Shown here piece by piece: positions 40,455-49,260 of a DNA stretch of 64,000 bases. Location of the stretch: assembly GCA_965240465.1 (NCBI GenBank), contig OZ251219.1:1248001-1312000 (forward strand), written 5' to 3'. Numbering within the stretch: position 1 is the first letter of the stretch; each line of letters starts with the position of its first letter. Below the pieces are notes generated by a model. The model was given only the letters and a program-made list of their open reading frames with translations. It was not told where the DNA came from and ran no database searches. The translations under genes and the position numbers were made by a program. The stretch comes from a bacterium. Its GTDB lineage: Bacteria > SAR324 > JACQKK01.

Positions 40455-41519
40455 TTGTCTAAGATAATTGTACCAGAATTAGGAATTCACTCACCGCAAT
40501 GCACGGTACTTCACTGGGTAAAACAACCGGGCGAAGCGGTTAAAAAAGGTGATACCTTGCTGGAACTATCAGTGGAAAAAACCGTCTACACCCTTGAGGC
40601 TCCAGAAACAGGGGTGCTGAGTAAAATCTATGCCCCGATTGGCGCGGTACTTCCTCAGGGAGAAGCCTTGGGCTGGATTAGCAATAACGCAGCTGAAAAA
40701 GCTCCCGATCTAAAACCTCGCCTGCTGGATTGGGATGATACTATCGCTCCGATGCCAAATGATTTTCAACCCGAGCTCCCCAGCAACGAGCAGGTTACTT
40801 CAGTCGGTAGCCCCCGCAGTGCTGAGCTGAAAATTATACGGGAAGAACGCCGTTTGCATCACGGCAAAAAATTATCGGGGGTACTCAAAAGAGATATTAG
40901 CACTCGGATAAAAGTTTCTTGGCAAGAAGTGCCTAAGGTAGATTTGTTCTGCGATGTCAATTGCTCTAAGTACACCGAGATAAAAGCTTCACTAGGTAAG
41001 GATGGTGTGCCGTCTTATAATGCTGGGATTGCTTGGGCGGTCACTCGTGCTTTTCAGGCTTTTCCCCAATACAATCTCCATTGGGAGAACGGGCGTCCAG
41101 TCCCCAAAAATCAAATAGATGTGGGATTGGCAGTAGCCCTCAAAGATGAACTCATTACCGTGCGTACCGAAAATACCATCAACCTAAATATGATGGAAAT
41201 CCACCACAGATTCCGACTTTTAATTCGTAAGGCTCTGCGTCTTAATCTTACCGATCAGGAGCAATTCGGCAGTAGCCTCACCATCACCAACTTGGGTGAA
41301 ATCGGAGTGAAGTACTTTACTCCAATCATCAATCCTCCAGAAGTGTTTATCCTTTCTGTCGGGGCAATCCAAGCACGAGTCGTTCCTGTTGATAACAAAA
41401 TTGAAATAGTCCCCATGTGTACCATCGGGCTTAGCTTTGACCATCGCGCCATCAATGGAGCTCCTGCAGCTCGCTTGCTACAGGAAATTAAACGCAACCT
41501 AGAAAATCTGGTCGTTTAG
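40455..41519 (+). CDS. 2-oxoacid dehydrogenase E2-like acyltransferase (lipoyl plus catalytic domain)
   Basis: Lipoyl domain (GEAVKKGD.LLE.SVEK), TITNLG..G...FTPIINPPE, SFDHRAING. Confidence 0.8.
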   Translation: MSKIIVPELGIHSPQCTVLHWVKQPGEAVKKGDTLLELSVEKTVYTLEAPETGVLSKIYAPIGAVLPQGEALGWISNNAAEKAPDLKPRLLDWDDTIAPMPNDFQPELPSNEQVTSVGSPRSAELKIIREERRLHHGKKLSGVLKRDISTRIKVSWQEVPKVDLFCDVNCSKYTEIKASLGKDGVPSYNAGIAWAVTRAFQAFPQYNLHWENGRPVPKNQIDVGLAVALKDELITVRTENTINLNMMEIHHRFRLLIRKALRLNLTDQEQFGSSLTITNLGEIGVKYFTPIINPPEVFILSVGAIQARVVPVDNKIEIVPMCTIGLSFDHRAINGAPAARLLQEIKRNLENLVV

Positions 41520-41543
41520 TCTACCGAGCAGCTATTTATGCTC

Positions 41544-41656
41544 GGGGGGGGGGGGGTTGTGTGGGTGCGTGTGGGTGCAAGAGTGGGTTGCGTGTGGGTG
41601 CAAGAGTGTGTGGGTGCGTGTGGGTGCAAGAGTGTGTGGGTGGGTGGGGGGGGGGT
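41544..41656. repeat. G-rich repeat (gggtgcgtgtgggtgcaagagt) flanked by poly-G tracts
   Basis: Read directly. Confidence 0.8.
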
Positions 41657-41676
41657 GCAGTTGTATAATCCCGCAC

Positions 41677-42060
41677 CTAATTGACAATGTTAGGGACGCT
41701 CAGGGAGAACATGGGTATTTTTATTTTGAAGGTTTCCTTATGTTCGTTAATCATTTGATATTCTCCCTCCATGGTGCCTACTGGGGAGTGCAACAGGGAG
41801 CTACTTTCATAATTGAATTCTTCACCGGGCTTTATAGTGGGCTGCATGCCGATAACTCCATCACCATGAATATGAAACACATGACCATTGCTATCGCTGA
41901 TAACCCAATGGCGAGTTAGCAACTGGAGAGTTTCCTGCCCTGTGTTACGTAGCTTAATTCGGTAGCCAAACCGATAATCATTCTTGTCGGCATCTGAATG
42001 CTCAGGAAGATAAAATGCCTCTGCACTGACTTCCATGTCGCTGGTAATCTCGGTATTCAC
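41677..42060 (-). CDS. apaG: ApaG protein
   Basis: QLLTRHWVISD, GDGVIGMQP, GTMEGEY. Confidence 0.93.
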   Translation of the reverse strand: MNTEITSDMEVSAEAFYLPEHSDADKNDYRFGYRIKLRNTGQETLQLLTRHWVISDSNGHVFHIHGDGVIGMQPTIKPGEEFNYESSSLLHSPVGTMEGEYQMINEHKETFKIKIPMFSLSVPNIVN

Positions 42061-42155
42061 AAATGACGCCTCTCTTGTAGAAATGGTGCTAATAAAGCCA
42101 GACTGGTAAAAACTCCTAGCACAATCAACGCCCCATGCTCTCACGGATGTAAAAT

Positions 42156-42911
42156 TTAAGCGAGTTCTAAATCAATAGGACAATGATCGGATCCCAGTAC
42201 CTGCGATTGAATGCCGCAGGAAATTACCCTGGGACGCAATTGAGGAGAGACGCAAAAATAATCAATCCGCCAACCAATGTTCCTTTCTCGGGAGCGTCCC
42301 ATGTTGCTCCACCAAGTGTAGTTTCCGCCTTCTTTAGTGAATTCCCGAAAGCAATCTATAAACCCCGCCTGAATGATGTTCCCAAAGCTAGCCCTTTCTT
42401 GAGGAGTAAAGCCCGCGTTCTTTTGATTGGCACGCGGGTTAGCTAAATCAATTTCTTGGTGGGCGACATTCAAATCGCCACAGAATACCAGGGGCTTTTT
42501 TTTGGCTAGCTTTTCAAGCCAGCTTAGTAGATCTGAGTCCCACTCCTGAGTGCGATAATCCAAGCGGGCTAGGTCTCTGCGAGCATTGGGTACATAGATG
42601 TTGACAAGGTATAGGTCTTCAAATTCCATGGTAAGCAGGCGTCCTTCTTGGTCGTGCTTCACAATACCCATTCCTTCTTTCACGCGTAAGGGCTTGAGGC
42701 GAGTTAAAATGGCTGTGCCTGAATAACCCTTCTTTTCAGAAATACCCCAAAACATCTCATAGCCCTCGGGGATTTCTAGATTTACTTGCTCAGGCCAAGC
42801 ACGAGTTTCTTGCAAGCAGAGGACATCGGGCTGTTGCTGGGCGATATAATCTAAAAAACCCTTTTTCAAAACTGAGCGAATTCCATTAACATTCCAAGAA
42901 ATAAGCCTCAT
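42156..42911 (-). CDS. xth: exodeoxyribonuclease III
   Basis: SWNVNGIR, LQET, GDLNVAH, GWRIDYF, SDHCP. Confidence 0.96.
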   Translation of the reverse strand: MRLISWNVNGIRSVLKKGFLDYIAQQQPDVLCLQETRAWPEQVNLEIPEGYEMFWGISEKKGYSGTAILTRLKPLRVKEGMGIVKHDQEGRLLTMEFEDLYLVNIYVPNARRDLARLDYRTQEWDSDLLSWLEKLAKKKPLVFCGDLNVAHQEIDLANPRANQKNAGFTPQERASFGNIIQAGFIDCFREFTKEGGNYTWWSNMGRSRERNIGWRIDYFCVSPQLRPRVISCGIQSQVLGSDHCPIDLELA

Positions 42912-42997
42912 TTGATCCTCCCTAAGAGTAAATTGCCCGCGATAACCACAGCTAAGCATGCTATAGCATAGCAACTGAATGAATAAGAGTGAAAGGC

Positions 42998-45424
42998 TTA
43001 GGCACCAAAAGCCTGCAGAGAACGTTCCAGCAATAACTGAGAAAATTGCTCAGCATCGGTGACATTCATAAAAACACCCTCTGTACCAGAAGATTCAGGG
43101 GCAAAATCAGCTTCAGTAGGCATGACCAGGGAAGCCTCCAGCCTTAAACAGAGTGCGTAGGGACCCTGCAATATTCTCACGCATTCTGAGTAATAGGGTA
43201 GGGCATCCAAAGCCAACTGACTATGCTTGCTCTGGACTAAATGACGCCAAAGGTCAACCGCTTCCTTGGCTCTATTAGTAGCATCAGTACCAACTTTACC
43301 AGTCTGCTCCTGTTCAAAGCGATTAAGCTGGGTCAGATCGCGAATCCAAAGGAAATTGTTTAGGGGTCGCTGAAGGTTATCGGCACGTTCCTGTTTCATC
43401 AGGGGTAGATTGCGTAAAAAACGGCGACGACGTGAATCTTCCGTCAGATAGCCCTGGTGGCTAATGGTAACATCAGGCAGGACAAACACCTGACCAGGGC
43501 CACCGCCTCCTTGTTCGGGATGCTCATGAACCATGCCCTGAAATTGAAATTTTGAGCTACTCCTCAACAAGCGACAAGGTAAATCAGTTTTCAATAACCC
43601 AGGCGGTTGCAAAGAAAAATGATGCTGTGGAATAGCATAGGCATTGAAAATGTTATCCCGCAAATACTTGCCTAAATGTTTTTTGCCAGTCAGTATTTCA
43701 TCGGCATCCAGCCATAGCACCCACTCTGCTGCCGCAGCCCGCAACAACTGGTTGCGGGCTGCGGCAAATCCAGTGTGTAAGGGGCTAGGCAAAGATAATA
43801 TCCGTCCTCGGTAGCCGCGTATCAATGATTTCACCGTTCTGAGTTCCGTAGCTGAATGAGGGCTTTCCTCGTCCAAGCCGATGATCCATTCATCGGCTAC
43901 ACTGGCAACGGAAGCCAGACAATTTGCCAGCCCTGCTTCTCGCACTTTTGTCAAGATACACACCGAGACCGTTTGTGGCGGAGGGCTGGTTATCAGTGGT
44001 TTTAGCCATAATCCAGCTGGGAGGCCTGTTATCATTTGGGCTGATGATAAAACAGCTGCTTGGGCTAGTTTGGTATCGGGACAAGTAGCGGGAGTGAGGG
44101 AGGGATTGTTTGGGTCTATTTGTTGTCTAAGTAAAAGACGCTGATATTTTTTGCGAGCCAATTTCATCAGCTTGCTACGGTGTTGTGGATATTCCTCTAG
44201 ATGTTCTTTTAGGCGACTGATTGGAGGAGGGGATTTTCTCAGCAGGGACATTGCTAAACGCTCAGGTTTGGCGAGCTCTTCTTGCTGTAGTTTCTTATGA
44301 ACTAGAGCTTCTGCTATCTTAAAGGAGCTTTCCCAACTGATGCGATCACGAACCACTTGAGTTTGTTGCTGGAGCTTCATCCAGCGGGACGGGCTATGGG
44401 AGAGAGCCAGAATCTCTTTGACAAAACATGTTCTTAGCTCATCATTGCTTTCTGTCAAGGGTACCCAGATAGCTCCTCCTCCGCGCAAGGTTTCCTCGAG
44501 TGCTCCTGAGGAAGTACAAAGAATAGGCAAACTGGCAAATTGAGTTTCCATAGCCGTAATGCAAGACACTTCTGGAAAGCGAGTGGGATAGACATGCAAC
44601 CAAGCTTGCATCATCTGACGTGCCAGTTCAGCTTTTGATAAATGTCCCAGCCAACGAACATTAGGCAATATCCTACAGCGATGTTCTAGAAATTGATGTA
44701 ATTCCTTTATCCAGGGCGGGCTGTTGTCGTAGTTGCAAACGAACAAGGTAATCTCGGGGTCTTGTTTTAGTAGTTGCTCCATTATGCTGGGCTTGCCATC
44801 GGCTCCTCCTACTAGATGTTCTAATCCTCTTTCTGGGCAGGAAGAATAAAAAAGACGCTTTCCAACGCGTTGATTATTGCCAGAGGAAGCTAAGGAAAAT
44901 AATGAGCTATCCACTGCATTGGGAATCACCGATATGTCCTTTTGCGGCCAGTTGTATATCTTTGTCAAAGCCTGCTTGTGAAAATTTGAAACAGCCATTA
45001 TGGCATCAATGTTCCAGCCTTGGGCTCGCATTTGAGGTCGCAGATGGACTTCTGGCATGTCGTGAGCCCACCAAAGATGGCAGCGGGCAGCCGTGGGAAA
45101 TATAAAGGCTCGCATCATACGCTGAGATACCAGCACATCGTGAGCCACAGAACGTACTGCATTTATGCAATCAATCCCGGGTAGATCTGCACTAGGATGA
45201 TTACCAGCACTAAAATAATTGACGCCCTCCCAAGTGCCTGCTTGCTGGGATGAAATGTTACTAAATACATCCACCTTATGACCAGCCCGAACAGCCTCTC
45301 TAGCTAGATAAAAACAGGCACTCTCAGAGCCACCCAGCGAATAACCCTCCTGGATGCTTCCGCCATGAAAGGGAATTCCGGGTGCATAAAATATCCAGCG
45401 TAGGGTCTTAGCCATTTTCGCCAT
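42998..45424 (-). CDS. two-domain glycosyltransferase (GT4-like plus GT2-like)
   Basis: LGGSE, YPT.FPEVSCITAME (GT4); SVCIL...FAAARN...WLDADE, G.VHE (GT2). Confidence 0.85.
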   Translation of the reverse strand: MAKMAKTLRWIFYAPGIPFHGGSIQEGYSLGGSESACFYLAREAVRAGHKVDVFSNISSQQAGTWEGVNYFSAGNHPSADLPGIDCINAVRSVAHDVLVSQRMMRAFIFPTAARCHLWWAHDMPEVHLRPQMRAQGWNIDAIMAVSNFHKQALTKIYNWPQKDISVIPNAVDSSLFSLASSGNNQRVGKRLFYSSCPERGLEHLVGGADGKPSIMEQLLKQDPEITLFVCNYDNSPPWIKELHQFLEHRCRILPNVRWLGHLSKAELARQMMQAWLHVYPTRFPEVSCITAMETQFASLPILCTSSGALEETLRGGGAIWVPLTESNDELRTCFVKEILALSHSPSRWMKLQQQTQVVRDRISWESSFKIAEALVHKKLQQEELAKPERLAMSLLRKSPPPISRLKEHLEEYPQHRSKLMKLARKKYQRLLLRQQIDPNNPSLTPATCPDTKLAQAAVLSSAQMITGLPAGLWLKPLITSPPPQTVSVCILTKVREAGLANCLASVASVADEWIIGLDEESPHSATELRTVKSLIRGYRGRILSLPSPLHTGFAAARNQLLRAAAAEWVLWLDADEILTGKKHLGKYLRDNIFNAYAIPQHHFSLQPPGLLKTDLPCRLLRSSSKFQFQGMVHEHPEQGGGGPGQVFVLPDVTISHQGYLTEDSRRRRFLRNLPLMKQERADNLQRPLNNFLWIRDLTQLNRFEQEQTGKVGTDATNRAKEAVDLWRHLVQSKHSQLALDALPYYSECVRILQGPYALCLRLEASLVMPTEADFAPESSGTEGVFMNVTDAEQFSQLLLERSLQAFGA

Positions 45425-45770
45425 TGATGGAGTCTTCTTTGTCCTCAAACGGATTGCTATTTCTAGCTTCTCCCAGCAAGACTTCGTTCATGTTAAAAAA
45501 CCGAACCTGTTTGGCTTCAACTTTTTTAGCCAGCGGGCAATTAGCACACCTTATCGGTTGGACATTGGGAGGTAGTACATCAAAGTAATTAAGTGCTTCC
45601 ACGAAGGGAATTTTAGCCCGATTTTCTCTGCAGCGTGCCAAAGATAAGGTTGCTGAAAGTCTATAACAGCGAAAATACTGATTTTCTGGAGCTAGTAATT
45701 CTGTTAGGTGTAATTTTTCTATTATTTGGGAAGAATGTACTCCGCAATACTCAGTATTTGCTATAGCCAT
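45408..45770 (-). CDS. small Cys-motif hypothetical protein
   Basis: AAGGAG SD; FRC...RC...CANC; overlaps start of glycosyltransferase. Confidence 0.65.
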   Translation of the reverse strand: MAIANTEYCGVHSSQIIEKLHLTELLAPENQYFRCYRLSATLSLARCRENRAKIPFVEALNYFDVLPPNVQPIRCANCPLAKKVEAKQVRFFNMNEVLLGEARNSNPFEDKEDSINGENG

Positions 45771-45934
45771 TAAGAAACTCCTTTAATTGTTTTATTGTCG
45801 CAAACTGCCAAAATAAGATTTAGAACCTCGGCTTCAGATCCAGATCAGGCTTAAGGGGGCTTTAGGTCGTATTAACGACAAACGAACCCATTGCGTTCTC
45901 ACTGAAACAGTAAAAACGTACCCTGTAAGACCTC

Positions 45935-45957
45935 ACTGATATTTTCCTTATATCAGT
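45935..45957. promoter_or_regulatory. candidate operator, inverted repeat ACTGATAT-N7-ATATCAGT
   Basis: Perfect 8-bp palindrome in the divergent intergenic region of a repressor. Confidence 0.45.
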
Positions 45958-46059
45958 TAAAAGACATGGTCGCATCCTTGCATTAGTAAGATTATTCTTA
46001 AACAAGTATAGGTGTTATGTCAATAAAAAATTGTATTTTTCTAATATTATTATAAAAAA

Positions 46060-46851
46060 ATGCCCATGGTTGCTAAAAAAGAGATGGATTCCATTACATT
46101 AAGGATAGAAAAAATTCGCCAGCGGACGGGTCTTTCTCGCCGAGCATTCTGTGCCAAAGTAGGATTTTCTTATGCTCGTTATCATCATCTGTCTGGGGTG
46201 AGGCGTGCCAGACCACCAGTAGATTTACTGACGGCTGTGGTAGAAAAGCTCGGAGTTAATATAGAATGGATCTTCAGTGGGCAGGGAAGTATTTCTAATT
46301 CTCACAAAAAATTCATCCCCATCCCCTTTTATCGCACCGAAAAACAAATTGCTGCCGAGCATGCCAAACCTAAATCTGCCAAACCTAAATCTGCCAAACC
46401 TAAATCTGCCAAACCTAAATCTGCCAAACCTAAATCTGCCAATCTCTCCAGTGAAAACCATAGCCCAGAAAAAGATGGTGAGATTTATACACCATCAGAC
46501 GGACTAGATCAGTCTTATATCGCCCTACATGATGAATGGATAAAGCGGGAGCTCGGTTTTCAGGCGAAGCAATTAGTGTGTACCTCTGGGCAGGGAGATG
46601 CCATGACACCCACCATACAGCCCGGCGATATTATGTTAATAGGATGCCAACTTACACCACCTTATCCAGATGGTATTTATCTATTATTCATCAATAAAGC
46701 CTTGTTGTTAAAGCGTCTGCAATTCCTTCCGAACAACATCGTAAGGGTTTCAGGGGATAACCATGCTTATCAGCCCTTTGAGGCTAGCCTGCAAGATAAT
46801 GGTGATATTAACATCTTAGGGCGAGTATTGTGGATATTTCACAAGTACTAG
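46060..46851 (+). CDS. phage CI-like repressor (XRE HTH plus S24 domain), catalytic Ser absent
   Basis: RIEKIR...GLS...F...WIFSGQG; GDAMTPTI.PGD; LLKRLQ; AKPKS x5 linker. Confidence 0.85.
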   Translation: MPMVAKKEMDSITLRIEKIRQRTGLSRRAFCAKVGFSYARYHHLSGVRRARPPVDLLTAVVEKLGVNIEWIFSGQGSISNSHKKFIPIPFYRTEKQIAAEHAKPKSAKPKSAKPKSAKPKSAKPKSANLSSENHSPEKDGEIYTPSDGLDQSYIALHDEWIKRELGFQAKQLVCTSGQGDAMTPTIQPGDIMLIGCQLTPPYPDGIYLLFINKALLLKRLQFLPNNIVRVSGDNHAYQPFEASLQDNGDINILGRVLWIFHKY

Positions 46852-47365
46852 CAAGCCGCAGAGCAAGCCGACTAGCATTGCAGACTTAAATAAATATGTA
46901 TTGTGAGTAAAATCCTTACATAAATAAGTAAATTAAACAATAACTTATGAATGTTTATAGCGGTACTTGGTATTATCAATTGCAAGCATTAGCGAGTGAG
47001 ATATAATAATCTTCTGGAGTGTGGAAGACCGCTTTCTGTTTATGAATTTGCACGCAAGAAATATATTAGTAGTATTCTGGGTGCGACAAATGTTTAGGAG
47101 ATTTTTTTTTAATACGACCTCTGGTGGTTTGTTTTCCTTGATCATAGAGTGCTAGTGGATTTTGGGAATTATCTATTTGATAGTGTTTTCTATTTTCCGT
47201 TTTTGCTTGGTTGATTTATAAGTTTCTTGGTGCCTTAAGAAGAGAATTAAGAAACGACCTTCTTTTTGTGTATTTAAGAAGGGTGAAGGACATATCAGAC
47301 GGTGCTTTTTAGTGCAGTCATAGTTGATGTGTTTGGGCAAGCTGGTTGGGGGTTATGTAAGGAAT

Positions 47366-49102
47366 ATGAAGAGTATTGTTATTCCTATTTTTTGGTTGTC
47401 TCTAGTGTTAATGACATGGAAAGCGAGTGCACAGAGTTATATTTACGATCAGATTAATCATGCCCGAGTGTTGCATCGCCAAGGAGAGCTTAGGAAAGCT
47501 GCGTTGGTGTTGACTAGGGTAATCCAAGAGGATCGCTCTGAGAAGGCAGCCCTGCTGGAAAGAGGAACGATTCGTTATAAGCTTGGTGAGTATTTGCAAG
47601 CTGTTGAAGATTTCAGCAGTTATCTGCTCTTGGAAAAGCAGAGTACCGATGGCTATTACAAACGCGGATTGGCATTCTTACTACAGCAGAACAACAAAAA
47701 GGCCCTGGATGATTTTAGCAAAGCGATTGAGCTAAATTCACGTTATAGCCGAGCATACATGCGACGCGGGTTTCTACATAACCTGAATGGTCATCATCAA
47801 TCTGCTCTGGAAGATTTAGATAAATATCTCAGCTTGGAGAAGAATTCTTTTGAAGGTCATTTGTATCGGGGGGTAGCATATTATTTTCTTGGTCAGCCGG
47901 GTAATGCGATTGCAGATTACAATCGGGCTTTAAGGATAGTCCCCAAAAATGCCTTGATTTACAACAATCGTGGCTTGGCTCAAAAATCTGCGGGTCAGCA
48001 TGGTCAGGCTGATAAGGATTTTAAGCGGGCGCGCACTTTAGAGGGGTATCCTGTAGCTCGGGAAGCGGTCTTAAATAAGGCAGAGTATTATTTCAAAGAT
48101 CAGGATATTGCCCGCGAGCTCGGGATGAACCATCAGCCTCGGGCAGATAGTATCCGTCCTAAGTTACGATTGCTGGATGCCACCGTAGATTTAGAGCAAG
48201 GACATGTTACTATCGCCTTACAAAAAATGGAAAGGCTACTGAAAACCTCCAACGACCCCAACTTACGCCTAGCACGTGCAATAACCTACATGCGTATTCC
48301 CGATTATCCGCGGGCTGAAAATGATTTGCTAGTGGTGCTTCGCCAACAGCCAGATACCCCTGAAGTACATCGCATGCTAGGAGATGTCTATTACAACACT
48401 GGCCGATTATCCAAGGCGGTGAAGCAATATGGAGCTTATTTTAAGCATGGTGGTTCGGATTCGGCAGTGCGATTGCGTCGTGCTCAGGCCAGCTATATCT
48501 CTGATAATTTTATTCAGGCAGTAGATGATTATACAGAGCTATTAAAAAATGTCCGTGGCAAACACGCTTGGACTTATTACCGAGCCAGAGGAAATGTCTA
48601 TCTAGCAGCCAAAGAACCTGAGAAAGCCATCTCCGATTATCAGATTGTTTTGCAGACACGCAGTCGGGATAAGCTGGTACTACTGCGATTATCCGAGGCG
48701 TATTATCTTCAGGGGCAACATGATAAATCATTGAGATGGCTAAACAGGGGGATAAAGATTTATCCTGAGAACAGGGCGTTCTATTTATTACGGGCAAAGG
48801 TTTGGAGAGAGAAAGGTAAATTTAAGACTGCGGTGGCAGACCTAGAAAAAGCGGTTGATATTTCGCCAGATGCTGAGTTGTATTATCGGTTAGGGAAATT
48901 GTACGCGGAGATTGGTGGTCATAAGCGGGCGATTCGTTGGTTGAATAAAAGCATTCAATTGAATAAGAAGCAGGCAGCAGCTTATACACAAAGGGGTATT
49001 CTCTATCGGAAGGAAAAGAAACTTAGCCAAGCTAAAGGGGATTGGGAATTAGGCTGTCAGTTGGGTGATAAATTGGCTTGTCAGTTCTTACAAAAGTTAT
49101 GA
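47366..49102 (+). CDS. secreted tetratricopeptide-repeat protein
   Basis: Signal peptide, many TPRs (YYKRG..A..DFSKAIELN), C-terminal GCQLG...AC. Confidence 0.88.
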   Translation: MKSIVIPIFWLSLVLMTWKASAQSYIYDQINHARVLHRQGELRKAALVLTRVIQEDRSEKAALLERGTIRYKLGEYLQAVEDFSSYLLLEKQSTDGYYKRGLAFLLQQNNKKALDDFSKAIELNSRYSRAYMRRGFLHNLNGHHQSALEDLDKYLSLEKNSFEGHLYRGVAYYFLGQPGNAIADYNRALRIVPKNALIYNNRGLAQKSAGQHGQADKDFKRARTLEGYPVAREAVLNKAEYYFKDQDIARELGMNHQPRADSIRPKLRLLDATVDLEQGHVTIALQKMERLLKTSNDPNLRLARAITYMRIPDYPRAENDLLVVLRQQPDTPEVHRMLGDVYYNTGRLSKAVKQYGAYFKHGGSDSAVRLRRAQASYISDNFIQAVDDYTELLKNVRGKHAWTYYRARGNVYLAAKEPEKAISDYQIVLQTRSRDKLVLLRLSEAYYLQGQHDKSLRWLNRGIKIYPENRAFYLLRAKVWREKGKFKTAVADLEKAVDISPDAELYYRLGKLYAEIGGHKRAIRWLNKSIQLNKKQAAAYTQRGILYRKEKKLSQAKGDWELGCQLGDKLACQFLQKL

Positions 49103-49260
49103 TTTTTGGTAGACTGCCCTGAGGTGAGGGTATTTTATCAAGAATATGCTTGCTCTTATAGGCCTTGCTGGAATGGGGGAGGCACGGATAGTTTGGCTGG
49201 TGCTGTTCTGTTCTCGGTTAATTTTTTACCTTTTTAGGAAGAAAGGTTATTTCCTTTGGC

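Noticed and set aside
40219-40467. 82-aa hydrophobic ORF between ilvE and the E2-like gene
   Set aside because: AT-rich divergent promoter region; no supporting signals.
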